The notes: generated from the sequence alone by a model not told the origin. A DNA stretch of 64,000 nucleotides from Lachnospiraceae bacterium (GCA_009774625.1 VSOB01000005.1:10061-74060), one strand, 5' to 3'. Positions 28,446 through 38,835 are shown, counted from the first letter of the stretch. A program made the numbers and translations.

Positions 28446-28479
28446 GTATAAGATTTAATAGTATAAGACAGAAAGTGTG

Positions 28480-28510
28480 AAGAGTGGAACGAGTTCCACT
28501 CTTTGTTTTT
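28480..28510 (+). terminator. hairpin with U-tract in the rimP leader (terminator of the stator pair and/or leader attenuator)
   Basis: AAGAGTGGAA / CGAG loop / TTCCACTCTT followed by TGTTTTTGG. The stem core is identical to the hairpin at 26328-26360. Confidence 0.6.
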
Positions 28511-28565
28511 GGTACATAGGTGAATATATGGCATAAATTCAGATGGAAGATAAAGGGGTGATTGT

Positions 28566-29027
28566 ATGGCAAAGAAAAAGTATGAGGAGAGAACGCAGGA
28601 GCTGCTTGTGCCGATTGCAGAGGAGGCAGGAGTGGGGATCTATGATGTGGAATATGTAAAGGAAGGCAGAGAGTTTTATCTGCGGGCTTATATTGATAAA
28701 GAAGGGGGCGTTACGATCCAGGACTGTGAAAGGGTCAGCAGGGCACTTTCTGACAGGCTGGATGAAGAGGACTTTATTGAAGATGCCTATATTCTGGAGG
28801 TTAGCAGTCCCGGACTGGGAAGGACATTGAAAAAAGACCGGCATCTGCAGATGAGCATGGGGGAGACTGTGGAAGTGAAAACCTATGTGCCCATAGACAA
28901 ACAGAAAGAATTTACAGGGGATTTAAAGGCATTTGATGAGGATACCATTACGATAGAAACAGACGGTGTGCCGAGGGTTTTTGCAAGGAAAGAGGTTGCG
29001 CGGATCAAACTGGCGCTGGATTTTTAG
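28566..29027 (+). CDS. rimP: ribosome maturation factor RimP
   Basis: 153 aa, RimP-like (YDVEYVKEGREFYLRAYIDKEGGVTIQDCERVSRALSDRLD, EVSSPGLGR). Conserved position before nusA. Confidence 0.9.
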   Translation: MAKKKYEERTQELLVPIAEEAGVGIYDVEYVKEGREFYLRAYIDKEGGVTIQDCERVSRALSDRLDEEDFIEDAYILEVSSPGLGRTLKKDRHLQMSMGETVEVKTYVPIDKQKEFTGDLKAFDEDTITIETDGVPRVFARKEVARIKLALDF

Positions 29028-29057
29028 GAGAAAAGGAATTAGGAGGAATCGGAAAAA

Positions 29058-30344
29058 ATGAACAAAGAGTTAATGGAAGCGCTTGATATTTTGGAGAGAG
29101 AAAAAGAAATCAGCAAAGACACTTTGTTTGAGGCAATTGAAAATTCTCTGATTACGGCATGCAAAAATCATTTCGGCAAATCAGATAATATCAAAGTTGA
29201 AATTGACAGGGAAACTTGTGATTTTGTCTGTTATGCGGAAAAAGAAGTGGTGGAGGAAGTGGAGGATGACTGCCTGCAGATTTCTCTGGAGGATGCCAGG
29301 GAAGTCTCGCATAACGCTCAGTTGGGCGATATGATTCATATCGAGATCAAATCCAAAGAGTTTGGCCGTATCGCAACCCAGAATGCCAAAAATGTAATTC
29401 TGCAGAAAATCCGGGAAGAAGAAAAAAGTGTGATTTACAATCAGTACTGCAAAAAGGAAAAGGATATCGTAACAGGTGTGGTACAGCGGTATCTGGGACG
29501 GAACATCAGCATCAATCTGGGAAAGGCGGATGCGATTCTGACAGAGAGTGAGCAGATCAAAGGAGAGGTATTCAAACCTACGGAGAGGATTAAGGTCTAT
29601 ATTCTTGAAGTGCGGAATATGTCCAAAGAACCCAAGATTCTGGTGAGCCGGACCCACCCGGAGATGGTAAAGCGTCTGTTTGAAGCGGAAGTAACCGAGA
29701 TCAAGGACGGAACGGTGGAGATCAAAAGCATTGCCAGAGAGGCGGGCAGCCGGACGAAGATTGCGGTGTGGTCCAGAAATCCCAATGTGGATGCGGTGGG
29801 TGCCTGCGTGGGGATGAACGGCGCCAGAGTCAATGCCATCGTGGAGGAGCTGAGAGGGGAAAAGATTGATATTATCAACTGGGATGAAAACCCCGGCAAT
29901 CTGATTCAAAATGCCCTTTCTCCTGCGAAAATCGTTGCGGTATTTGCGGATCCGGATGAAAAGACAGCCAAAGTGGTGGTGCCTGATTATCAGCTTTCCC
30001 TTGCCATCGGAAAGGAAGGGCAGAATGCAAGACTGGCGGCGCGGCTGACCGGTTATAAAATAGACATCAAGAGCGAGACACAGGCAAAGGATACACCCGG
30101 ATTCCGGTACGAGGACTATATGGATGAGTACGAGGATGACTATGAGGAGGAAGAGGGCCTGGATTTTGAAGATTCTTATGAAGAGACAGAAGAGGGCCTT
30201 GTAGAGCAGGGACAGGAGCCGGAAGGAGATATAAGTATAAAAGAAGAAGGCCTTGTTTTTGGAGAAGAACAGGAAGAGACATATGATCTGCCTGAGGAAG
30301 GAGAAGCGGAATGGGACGGTTCGGGAGAAGTCTATGAAGAGTAA
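29058..30344 (+). CDS. nusA: transcription termination/antitermination factor NusA
   Basis: NusA N-terminal domain, S1 and two KH domains (RTKIAVWS, PNVDAVGACVGMNGARV, LSLAIGKEGQNARLAARLTGYKIDI). The C-terminal tail is strongly acidic. Confidence 0.95.
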   Translation: MNKELMEALDILEREKEISKDTLFEAIENSLITACKNHFGKSDNIKVEIDRETCDFVCYAEKEVVEEVEDDCLQISLEDAREVSHNAQLGDMIHIEIKSKEFGRIATQNAKNVILQKIREEEKSVIYNQYCKKEKDIVTGVVQRYLGRNISINLGKADAILTESEQIKGEVFKPTERIKVYILEVRNMSKEPKILVSRTHPEMVKRLFEAEVTEIKDGTVEIKSIAREAGSRTKIAVWSRNPNVDAVGACVGMNGARVNAIVEELRGEKIDIINWDENPGNLIQNALSPAKIVAVFADPDEKTAKVVVPDYQLSLAIGKEGQNARLAARLTGYKIDIKSETQAKDTPGFRYEDYMDEYEDDYEEEEGLDFEDSYEETEEGLVEQGQEPEGDISIKEEGLVFGEEQEETYDLPEEGEAEWDGSGEVYEE

Positions 30345-30606
30345 GAAGGTTCCGCTCAGACAATGTATCGGCTGTGGGGAGATGAAGGCCAAGAGTGAGA
30401 TGATGCGCGTTTTGAAGGATGCGCAGGGCGAGATCACATTGGATGTAACAGGCAGGAAAAACGGAAGAGGCGCTTATCTTTGTGTTTCCGAAGCATGCCT
30501 GCAAAGCGCAAGAAAGAACAAAGGACTGGAGCGTTCTTTCAGGATGAGCATTCCGGAGCAAGTTTATGAGAATCTGGAAAAGGAGTTTCAGAGGAACAGA
30601 GAATGA
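30334..30606 (+). CDS. ylxR: YlxR family RNA-binding protein (DUF448)
   Basis: PLRQCIGCGE...GRGAYLC motif. ATG 30334 overlaps the nusA stop. The track start at 30253 lies inside nusA. Confidence 0.85.
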   Translation: MKSKKVPLRQCIGCGEMKAKSEMMRVLKDAQGEITLDVTGRKNGRGAYLCVSEACLQSARKNKGLERSFRMSIPEQVYENLEKEFQRNRE

Positions 30607-30911
30607 ACAATAAGATACTGTCGTTGCTGGGACTGGCAACCAGATCCGGAAATCTGGTCAGCGGAGAGTTTATGACGGAGAAGGCGGTAAAAGAGCGGAA
30701 AGCCTTTCTCGTGGTCGTAAGCAGCGAAGCATCCGGCAATACGAAAAAGAAATTTACAAATATGTGCAGCTTTTATGAAGTGCCTCTGTATTTCTATGGA
30801 ACGATGGAAGCGTTGGGACACAGTATAGGAAAAGAATTTCGGGCGTCGATCGCAGTGACGGACGAAGGGTTTGCAAAGAACATCATAAATAAGCTGGAAT
30901 GTGAAAAATAA
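30603..30911 (+). CDS. ylxQ: L7Ae/L30e-family RNA-binding protein (YlxQ-like)
   Basis: 102 aa, [15 protein letters not shown] motif. Conserved slot between ylxR and infB. ATGA overlap with ylxR. Confidence 0.8.
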   Translation: MNNKILSLLGLATRSGNLVSGEFMTEKAVKERKAFLVVVSSEASGNTKKKFTNMCSFYEVPLYFYGTMEALGHSIGKEFRASIAVTDEGFAKNIINKLECEK

Positions 30912-30931
30912 CGAATACGGAGGTAGTGAGT

Positions 30932-33730
30932 ATGGCGAAAATAAAAGTACACGAGCTTGCAAAAGAAGTGGATAAACAAAGTAAGGAAGTGATTGCTTTT
31001 TTACAGAATAAAGGAATCGAGGTAAAGGCGGCGCAGAGCAGTGTGGAGGAAGCGGCAGCCGATATGGTCCGCAGAGAGCTGGGAAAAAAGACTGCCGTAC
31101 CGGAGCCTGCCGGAGAAGCGAAAACTGCAGAAAAAGCAAAGACAGGCGACGGGCCGAAGGCGGGAGACGGCGGGAAGGCGCAGTCCCGTCCGGAAACGGC
31201 CAGGGGTGAGCGTACCAAACAGGAGCCTGTGAAGAAAAAGAAAAACATTATCTTTGTCAGCAATCCCCATAACAGCAAGCTGCCTCAGCGTTCCGGCGCC
31301 GGATCGGGCTCCGGGGCGGGTGCATCTGGAAATGGAAACCGGCGCGGAAGAAATAATAATAACAATGACCCTATGCGCCGTCCGCTGATCCGTCCGCTGA
31401 CACCGCCGTCTCCGGCGCCGTCTGTAGGACAGATCAAACCGACCAATCCGCCGAAACGCAGTCAGGCGAAAAATCAGGAAACGGCACGCCCGCAGCAGGA
31501 GACTATGCCGCAGAAAAACGTTTCCAGAACACCGGGCATGGAAGGCAGACAGGACCGGAGAGGGCAGGAAAGAACAGAGAGACAGGACAGACAGGAGAGA
31601 ACAGGTGGGAGCAATGATTATAGAAGCCGTCAGACGGATAATCGCTCCGGCGGCAGCCGTTTTCATAAGGATGCTGGCAGCCGTCCGGGCGGCGCGGGCC
31701 GCGGCCGGAATTTTAATGATAGCGGCCGCTCTGAAAAAGGAACTGGCAGGGAGGACAATAAATTCAGAAAGCCTTTGGGGGCGAAAACCTTTGCGGCGGA
31801 GACCCCTGTCAAAGACGGAGAAAAGCATCGTGACGATGAAAAACGCCGTATGAATCAGGAACGTGACAAACGTTCCAAAAAGGATGCCATCTATGAGGAC
31901 GGCAACGGCAAGAATAAAAACAAACCGGGCAGATTTATCAAACCGGAGAAAAAGGCAGAGGAAAAACAGGAAGAAAAGATCAAGACCATTACGCTGCCGG
32001 AGACACTTACCGTGAAAGAGCTGGCGGATAAGATGAAGATTCAGCCGTCGGTGATCGTAAAGAAGCTGTTTTTACAGGGCCAGGTCGTTACGGTCAACCA
32101 GGAAATCAGCTTTGAAACGGCGGAAGAAATTGCTATCGAATATGAAATCATCTGCGAGAAGGAAGTAAAAGTGGATGTGATCGAAGAGCTTCTCCGGGAA
32201 GAGGAAGAGGACGAAAGGAATATGGTAAAGCGTCCTCCTGTTATCTGTGTTATGGGGCATGTGGATCATGGTAAGACCTCACTTCTGGATGCCATCCGTA
32301 AAACCAATGTGACAGACCGGGAAGCAGGCGGTATCACGCAGCATATTGGCGCGTATACTGTCAATATTAAGAATGAAAAGATCACTTTCCTGGACACACC
32401 CGGCCATGAAGCATTTACGGCCATGCGTATGCGGGGCGCCAATTCCACGGACATTGCCATCTTAGTGGTGGCGGCGGATGACGGTGTGATGCCCCAGACA
32501 GTGGAGGCAATCAACCATGCCAAAGCGGCAGGGATTGAGATCATTGTGGCAGTCAATAAGATCGATAAGCCGGGCGCCAACATCGACAGAGTGAAGCAGG
32601 AATTGACCGAACATGAGCTGATCCCGGTGGACTGGGGCGGAAGTACGGAATTTGTACCTGTATCCGCCAAGTCGGGAGAAGGCATAGAGACATTGCTGGA
32701 GACGATACTTCTGACTGCGGAGATCCTGGAGCTGAAGGCAAATCCCGGACGCCGGGCAAGAGGCCTTGTGATCGAGGCGGAGCTGGACAGAGGCCGCGGC
32801 CCGGTGGCTACGGTGCTGGTACAGAAGGGTATGCTACATGTGGGCGACTTTATTTCCGCAGGTTCCAGCCATGGCAAGGTAAGAGCCATGATCGACGATA
32901 AGGGACGGAGAGTTAAGGAAGCAGGACCGTCCACGCCGGTGGAGATACTGGGCCTTTCCGACGTACCCAATGCAGGGGAAATCTTTATTGCCCATGAGAA
33001 TGATAAGACGGCCAAATCCTATGCGGAAACGTATCTGGCACAGAATAAAGAGAAAAAGCTGGAGGAAACCAAATCCAAAATGTCTCTGGATGATCTGTTC
33101 AGCCAGATTCAGGCCGGCAATCTGAAGGAACTGAACCTGATCATCAAGGCGGATGTACAGGGCAGTGTGGAGGCTGTGAAGCAGAGTCTGCTGAAACTGA
33201 CCAATGAAGAGGTCGTGGTGAAATGCATCCACGGCGGTGTGGGCGCCATCAACGAGTCGGATGTGACGCTGGCATCGGCATCCAACGCGATTATCATCGG
33301 CTTTAATATCCGCCCGGATGCCACAGCTAAGACGATTGCGGAACGGGAAGGCGTGGACATCAGACTGTATAAGGTGATCTATCAGGCCATTGAGGATGTG
33401 GAAGCGGCCATGAAGGGTATGCTGGATCCGGTCTTTGAAGAAAAGGTGATCGGCCATGCCGAGGTGCGTCAGTTGTTCCGTGCGTCTGCAGTGGGGAATA
33501 TTGCAGGTTCCTATGTGCTGGACGGTGTATTCCAGAGAGGCTGCAAGATTCGGATTACCAGGGAAGGAAAGCAGATTTTCGAAGGCGGCCTGGCATCTCT
33601 GAAGCGGTTTAAAGATGATGTAAAGGAAGTGAAGGCCGGGTTTGAATGCGGTCTTGTGTTTGAGGGCTTTGACCAGATGCAGGAGCTGGATATTGTAGAG
33701 GCTTATATTATGGTGGAAGTACCCAGATAG
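30932..33730 (+). CDS. infB: translation initiation factor IF-2
   Basis: [13 protein letters not shown]-terminus, a long low-complexity R/G/K-rich linker, G domain ([24 protein letters not shown]). ATG 30932 is 8 nt after GGAGG. GTG 30926 in the track is only 2 nt after it. Confidence 0.96.
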   Translation: MAKIKVHELAKEVDKQSKEVIAFLQNKGIEVKAAQSSVEEAAADMVRRELGKKTAVPEPAGEAKTAEKAKTGDGPKAGDGGKAQSRPETARGERTKQEPVKKKKNIIFVSNPHNSKLPQRSGAGSGSGAGASGNGNRRGRNNNNNDPMRRPLIRPLTPPSPAPSVGQIKPTNPPKRSQAKNQETARPQQETMPQKNVSRTPGMEGRQDRRGQERTERQDRQERTGGSNDYRSRQTDNRSGGSRFHKDAGSRPGGAGRGRNFNDSGRSEKGTGREDNKFRKPLGAKTFAAETPVKDGEKHRDDEKRRMNQERDKRSKKDAIYEDGNGKNKNKPGRFIKPEKKAEEKQEEKIKTITLPETLTVKELADKMKIQPSVIVKKLFLQGQVVTVNQEISFETAEEIAIEYEIICEKEVKVDVIEELLREEEEDERNMVKRPPVICVMGHVDHGKTSLLDAIRKTNVTDREAGGITQHIGAYTVNIKNEKITFLDTPGHEAFTAMRMRGANSTDIAILVVAADDGVMPQTVEAINHAKAAGIEIIVAVNKIDKPGANIDRVKQELTEHELIPVDWGGSTEFVPVSAKSGEGIETLLETILLTAEILELKANPGRRARGLVIEAELDRGRGPVATVLVQKGMLHVGDFISAGSSHGKVRAMIDDKGRRVKEAGPSTPVEILGLSDVPNAGEIFIAHENDKTAKSYAETYLAQNKEKKLEETKSKMSLDDLFSQIQAGNLKELNLIIKADVQGSVEAVKQSLLKLTNEEVVVKCIHGGVGAINESDVTLASASNAIIIGFNIRPDATAKTIAEREGVDIRLYKVIYQAIEDVEAAMKGMLDPVFEEKVIGHAEVRQLFRASAVGNIAGSYVLDGVFQRGCKIRITREGKQIFEGGLASLKRFKDDVKEVKAGFECGLVFEGFDQMQELDIVEAYIMVEVPR

Positions 33731-33749
33731 ACAGAAAGTAAGGAATGGA

Positions 33750-34139
33750 ATGAAAAAAAACAGTATTAAAAATACAAGAATCAACGGTGAGGTACAGAGA
33801 GTGCTGGCGGATATTATCCGCAGCCAGATCAAAGATCCCCGTATCGCACCGCTGACTTCGGTGGTATCGGTGGAAGTGGCGCCGGATCTAAAGACCTGCA
33901 AGGCGTGGATCAGCGTGCTGGGGGATGAAAAAACAGCAGCGGATACATTGGAGGGCCTTACCAGTGCGGAAGGCTTTATCCGGACGAAGCTGGCCAGAGA
34001 GCTGAATCTGCGCTATACACCGGATCTGCGGTTTATTATGGACCAATCCATAGCCTATGGAGTATCCATGTCCCGAAAAATCGAGGAAGTGAACCGGAAT
34101 TTGAACAGAGAGAACGGGGAAGAGGACTTGTCGGAATAG
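33750..34139 (+). CDS. rbfA: ribosome-binding factor A
   Basis: 129 aa, RbfA-like (RINGEVQRVLADIIRSQIKDPRI, LRYTPDLRF). Conserved position after infB. Confidence 0.9.
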   Translation: MKKNSIKNTRINGEVQRVLADIIRSQIKDPRIAPLTSVVSVEVAPDLKTCKAWISVLGDEKTAADTLEGLTSAEGFIRTKLARELNLRYTPDLRFIMDQSIAYGVSMSRKIEEVNRNLNRENGEEDLSE

Positions 34140-34178
34140 CCTGTACAGGGAATCGACAGCCCGGAAGAAAGGGGTAGT

Positions 34179-35138
34179 ATGTTTCAGTTATCAGAAGAGA
34201 TAAAAGGGGCAAAGACAATTGGGATAGGCGGCCATATCCGGCCGGACGGCGACTGCGTGGGCTCCTGTATGGCACTGTATCTGTATTTGAAAAAATGTGC
34301 GGCGCCGGGTACTGAAGTATCCGTTTACCTGGAGTCCGTCCCTGACATTTTTGATGAGATTGCGGGTGTATCAAAGATACGGAAGGCAGAAGAGGCAGAA
34401 GCGCCGGATATATTTTTTGCCCTGGACTGCGAAAGCAGCAGGCTGGGCAGTGCGCAGCGGCTGTTTGAAGGAGCCGGAAAACGGATCAACATCGATCATC
34501 ATATCAGCAATATGGGATGCGGCACAGTCAATTATATTGATCCGAAGGCCAGCTCCACCAGCGAGCTGGTGTACCGGCTGTTTCAACGGGAGCTGATGGA
34601 CGGGGAGATTGCGAAGGCTGTGTACATCGGTATGATTCACGACACCGGCGTGTTTCAGTATTCCAACACAGCGCCGGAAACGCTGCGGGCCGCGGCCGAT
34701 CTGATCAGTTATGGATTTGACTTTTCCGGCATTATCGAAAAGACATTTTATGAAAAGACCTATGTACAAAATCAGATCATGGGCCGGGCGCTGCTGGAAA
34801 GTATTTTGTTTCTTCACGGCAGATGCATTGTCAGCGCTGTGGACCGGAAGCTGATGCAGTTTTACCATGCGGAGCCTCAGGATCTGGACGGCATTGCCAG
34901 TCTGCTGAAAAATACAAGAGGTGTGGAATGCGCCATCTTTATGTATGAAACGGATGTGATGCAGTATAAAGTAAGCATGCGTTCCACGGATAAGGTGGAT
35001 GTGGCAAAAATCGCTTCCTATTTCGGGGGCGGCGGTCATAAAAAGGCAGCAGGATGCTCGATGTCAGGAACGTTTCATGATGTGGTCAACAATCTGTCTT
35101 TACATATTGAAAAGCAATTGCATGAGGAAGATGAGTGA
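34179..35138 (+). CDS. DHH/DHHA1-family phosphoesterase (NrnA-like)
   Basis: DHH motifs GGHIRPDGDCVGS, ALDC, IDHHISN and the DHHA1 motif GGGGHKKAAG. Confidence 0.8.
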   Translation: MFQLSEEIKGAKTIGIGGHIRPDGDCVGSCMALYLYLKKCAAPGTEVSVYLESVPDIFDEIAGVSKIRKAEEAEAPDIFFALDCESSRLGSAQRLFEGAGKRINIDHHISNMGCGTVNYIDPKASSTSELVYRLFQRELMDGEIAKAVYIGMIHDTGVFQYSNTAPETLRAAADLISYGFDFSGIIEKTFYEKTYVQNQIMGRALLESILFLHGRCIVSAVDRKLMQFYHAEPQDLDGIASLLKNTRGVECAIFMYETDVMQYKVSMRSTDKVDVAKIASYFGGGGHKKAAGCSMSGTFHDVVNNLSLHIEKQLHEEDE

Positions 35139-36064
35139 AAACGGAGAAAACCGTGCAGAACGGAGTTATTAATGTATATAAAGAAAGAGGTTACACTTCC
35201 CACGATGTGGTAGCCCGGCTCCGGGGGATACTGAAGCTGAAGAAGATAGGGCATACAGGCACGCTGGATCCGGAGGCAGAGGGTGTGCTTCCTGTATGTC
35301 TGGGAAACGGCACCAGGCTCTGCGGCATGCTGACAGATAAGGAAAAAGAATATCAGGCAGAGCTTTTGCTGGGTGTGACAACCAACACGCAGGATATGAC
35401 CGGCCGGATACTTGCCAGACGGGACGTATGCGTCACCAGGGAAGAGACGGAAAAAGCGGTGATGGGATTTCTGGGAACTTATGAACAGCTTCCGCCTATG
35501 TATTCCGCCTGCAGGGTGGAAGGAAAGCGTCTGTATGAGCTGGCAAGAGAAGGAAAAGAAGTGGAGCGGAAGAGAAGGCCTGTGACCATCCATGAGCTGG
35601 AAATATGTTCCATAGAGCTGCCCAGGGTCAGGATGCGTGTGGTCTGTTCCAAAGGGACTTATATCAGAACGTTGTGTCACGACATCGGAGAGAGGCTGGG
35701 CTGCGGCGGTACTATGGCGAGCCTGCTTCGCACCCGTGTGGACCGTTTCACACTAAAGGAGGCGAAGAGGCTGGATGAGATCGAGGCGGCGGCTGCGGCC
35801 GGTGAAGCCGGCACACTGATCCTGCCTGTGGAGGAGATGTTTTCCGCATTGCCGGTGATCACAGTCAAAGAGGCATATACATCGGCTGTACGCAACGGCA
35901 ATCCGCTGTTTCTGCGTCAGATCACGGGGAAGTCCGGCTGGATGGATGGAGAACAGGTAAGAATACATGATTCACAGGGGCGTTTTTACGGAATCTATGG
36001 ATTTGAGGTGATGAAGGGCAGGTTTGTGCCTGTTAAAATGTTTTTGCCCTCAGAATCCTGCTGA
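35135..36064 (+). CDS. truB: tRNA pseudouridine-55 synthase
   Basis: GVINVYKERGYTSHD and the catalytic GHTGTLDPEAEGVL motif. GTG start overlaps the upstream stop. Confidence 0.92.
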   Translation: MKTEKTVQNGVINVYKERGYTSHDVVARLRGILKLKKIGHTGTLDPEAEGVLPVCLGNGTRLCGMLTDKEKEYQAELLLGVTTNTQDMTGRILARRDVCVTREETEKAVMGFLGTYEQLPPMYSACRVEGKRLYELAREGKEVERKRRPVTIHELEICSIELPRVRMRVVCSKGTYIRTLCHDIGERLGCGGTMASLLRTRVDRFTLKEAKRLDEIEAAAAAGEAGTLILPVEEMFSALPVITVKEAYTSAVRNGNPLFLRQITGKSGWMDGEQVRIHDSQGRFYGIYGFEVMKGRFVPVKMFLPSESC

Positions 36065-36083
36065 GAATAAAGAAGGAGATACC

Positions 36084-37007
36084 ATGCGTCTGATACAGGG
36101 CAGAACAGACTTTTGTCTGGATAAGGCATGCGCAGTTGCCATCGGGAAATTTGACGGCATTCACAGAGGCCACCAGGCGCTGCTGTCGCATATATTGGAA
36201 AAAAAGAAAAGCGGATTGGAGTCTGCAGTGTTTACCTTTGATCCTGTACCGGCGGTTTTTTTCGGTAAGGGACAGGTGCGGGAACTGACTACAAGAGAAG
36301 AAAAACGCAGGATTTTTCAGCGGCTGGGTGTGGATGTGCTGATTGAATTTCCCCTGCGTGCGGATACCGCGGCCATCTCACCGGCTGCTTTTATTGAAGA
36401 GATCCTGGCTCGGAGGATGCGTGCGGCGTATGTGGCGGCCGGGACGGATGTTACTTTCGGGGCAGGCGGCGCAGGAGACGGCGCTATGCTGGCGGCCTAT
36501 GGGGATCGGCTGGGATTTGCGGTGGAAGTGATCGACAAAGTGTGCGCGGACGGCAGGGAGATCAGCTCCAGCCGGATCCGCAGGGCATTGGAAGCAGGAG
36601 AGATGGAGCAGGTGACGGAATTGATCGGGTTTCCCTATAGCGTAACCGGAACGGTGGTGCACGGCAGGCGGCTGGGCAGGACCATCGGGATGCCCACAGT
36701 CAATCTGCTGCCGCCCGGGGACAAGCTGCTGCCGCCCAGAGGGGTGTATTTTTCCAATGTTTCCTATGGAGGGAATCATTACAGAAGCATTACCAACATT
36801 GGCTGTAAGCCCACGGTCAGCAGGGAAAAGGTTATGGGCGTGGAAACCTATCTGTATGATTTTAATGAGGATATATACGGCAGGGAGATTACAGTCAATC
36901 TGCTTGGGTTTAAACGGCCTGAAATGAAGTTTGATTCGGTGGAAGAACTGAAGCGGCAGATGGAAAAGGATATTGCAGAAGGTAAAATGGTAAATTGGTA
37001 CTTGTAA
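36084..37007 (+). CDS. ribF: bifunctional riboflavin kinase / FMN adenylyltransferase
   Basis: IGKFDGIHRGHQ nucleotidyltransferase motif, SSSRIR, and the riboflavin kinase part GRRLGRTIGMPTVN. ATG 36084 follows AGAAGGAGA. Confidence 0.92.
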   Translation: MRLIQGRTDFCLDKACAVAIGKFDGIHRGHQALLSHILEKKKSGLESAVFTFDPVPAVFFGKGQVRELTTREEKRRIFQRLGVDVLIEFPLRADTAAISPAAFIEEILARRMRAAYVAAGTDVTFGAGGAGDGAMLAAYGDRLGFAVEVIDKVCADGREISSSRIRRALEAGEMEQVTELIGFPYSVTGTVVHGRRLGRTIGMPTVNLLPPGDKLLPPRGVYFSNVSYGGNHYRSITNIGCKPTVSREKVMGVETYLYDFNEDIYGREITVNLLGFKRPEMKFDSVEELKRQMEKDIAEGKMVNWYL

Positions 37008-37121
37008 CTTTGTTTCTTATCACGTACAATAATGTAGGGAATGCATGAAATTTGTGGAATCCACAGGAAAATGTGTTCATACCGCAGGGATTTCCAGCGA
37101 TCAGACGAAAGGGTACATAAG

Positions 37122-38786
37122 ATGAATGCTTCAGTACTATTATCTATGGCAGGCGGACTTGGCCTGTTTCTGTTTGGCATGAAACTCATGAGCGAGGGCA
37201 TTGAGAAAGCGGCAGGTGCAAAACTGCGCGGGATTCTTGAGTTTTTTACCACCAACCGCTTTACGGGAATGCTGGTGGGTATTGTGTTTACTGCTGTGAT
37301 CCAGTCCTCCAGTGCCTGTACGGTTATGGTAGTCAGTTTTGTAAATTCCGGCCTGATGAATCTGTATCAGGCTGCCGGCGTGATTCTGGGCGCCAATATC
37401 GGTACAACGGTTACTTCTCAGCTTGTGTCTTTTAACTTATCCGAAATTGCTCCGGTATTTTTGCTTGGCGGCGTGATTGCCGTTATGTTTGTGAAAAACA
37501 ATATGATTAAAAAGATCGGCGAGATCGTTCTCGGTTTTGGCGTACTGTTTATGGGCCTGTCCGGGATGTCAGGTGCAATGGCAGGTCTGAAGGAGGATCC
37601 GGCTCTGGTACATTTGTTTGCTTCTCTTACCAGTCCGCTTCTGGCAGTGCTGCTGGGGACGGTGGTGACAACGGTGATCCAGAGCTCTTCCGTGACAGTC
37701 AGCATTATCCTTTTGATGGCCAACCAGGGTCTGCTGGGCCTGCCGATCTGTATGTATATTATGCTGGGCTGCAACATTGGCGCCTGTGCATCGGCCACCT
37801 TGGCCAGTCTGGCCGGCAAGAAAGATGCCAAACGGGCGGCTATGATCCATCTTTTGTTCAATGTGGTGGGTACGATTATTTTTTATGTGATCTTCCTGAT
37901 TGCGGTGGAGCCTATCGTGGATTTTTTCAACAGTATTTCCGGCGGCAATCCGGGCCGATGTGTGGCAAATGCCCATACCATCATCAAGATACTGCAGGTA
38001 CTGTTGCTGTTTCCGTTTTCCGGGCTGCTGGTCAGGATGACTTATGTCTTCGTACCGGGTGATGACAAGAAGGTGGGCTACCGGGACAGCTTTCAGCTCA
38101 AATACATTGGCGATAAGGTGGTGTTCAATCCTGCCACAGCAGTGGTGGAGGTCATTAAGGAGATCGAACGGATGGCGGACCTGGCCAGTGAAAACCTGAA
38201 CCGGGCCATGAACGCGCTGATCACACTGGATGATGAGGACATAGAAGAGGTGTATGCAGTGGAGAAAAACATTAACTTTTTGAACCATGCCATCACCAAT
38301 TATCTGGTTAAGATCAATCAGACCACATTGCCGATTGAGGATCTGAAAAGTATCGGCGCCCTGTTTCATGTGGTAAATGATATTGAGCGGATCGGAGATC
38401 ATGCGGAGAATGTGGCAGATTCTGCCCGTCAGCGAAAAGAAAAGGGAACCAGTTTCAGCCGGGAAGCCCAGAACGAGCTGGGGGAGATGCTGGAGATGGT
38501 CAATAAGATCGTAAGATATTCTATAGATATGTTTGCCAGAAGCAATGAAGAGCATATGGGTGAGATCATAGAGCTGGAAGATGCCATAGATGAAAAGGAG
38601 CGGGAGCTGCAGCAGTTCCATGTGGAGCGTTTGACGAAAAACGAGTGTACGCCGGAAGCAGGTATGCTGTTTTCCGATGTTGTATCCGGCCTGGAAAGAG
38701 TGTCGGACCATGCCACTAATATTGCATTTGCAATTCTTCATAGTGACAGCGACGATGCCGAGGAGAAAAAAACGGCAACGGCATAG
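37122..38786 (+). CDS. Na/Pi cotransporter family protein with C-terminal PhoU-like repeats
   Basis: Duplicated GANIGTTVT / GCNIGACAS transporter motifs in a multi-TM N-terminal half. Two PhoU-like helical repeats (DIERIGDHAENV, LERVSDHATNI). ATG 37122 gives the typical N-terminus LSMAGGLGLFLFGMKLMSEG. Confidence 0.85.
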   Translation: MNASVLLSMAGGLGLFLFGMKLMSEGIEKAAGAKLRGILEFFTTNRFTGMLVGIVFTAVIQSSSACTVMVVSFVNSGLMNLYQAAGVILGANIGTTVTSQLVSFNLSEIAPVFLLGGVIAVMFVKNNMIKKIGEIVLGFGVLFMGLSGMSGAMAGLKEDPALVHLFASLTSPLLAVLLGTVVTTVIQSSSVTVSIILLMANQGLLGLPICMYIMLGCNIGACASATLASLAGKKDAKRAAMIHLLFNVVGTIIFYVIFLIAVEPIVDFFNSISGGNPGRCVANAHTIIKILQVLLLFPFSGLLVRMTYVFVPGDDKKVGYRDSFQLKYIGDKVVFNPATAVVEVIKEIERMADLASENLNRAMNALITLDDEDIEEVYAVEKNINFLNHAITNYLVKINQTTLPIEDLKSIGALFHVVNDIERIGDHAENVADSARQRKEKGTSFSREAQNELGEMLEMVNKIVRYSIDMFARSNEEHMGEIIELEDAIDEKERELQQFHVERLTKNECTPEAGMLFSDVVSGLERVSDHATNIAFAILHSDSDDAEEKKTATA

Positions 38787-38800
38787 GATATGCGCAGTGC

Positions 38801-38835
38801 GGGCACCTGTTGGAAACGGGTGCCCTTCCATATTT
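38801..38835 (+). terminator. possible intrinsic terminator after the Na/Pi transporter gene
   Basis: GGGCACCTG / CGGGTGCCC form a 9-bp stem (one G-U) with a 7-nt loop. The U-tract is poor (TTCCATATTT). Confidence 0.45.
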
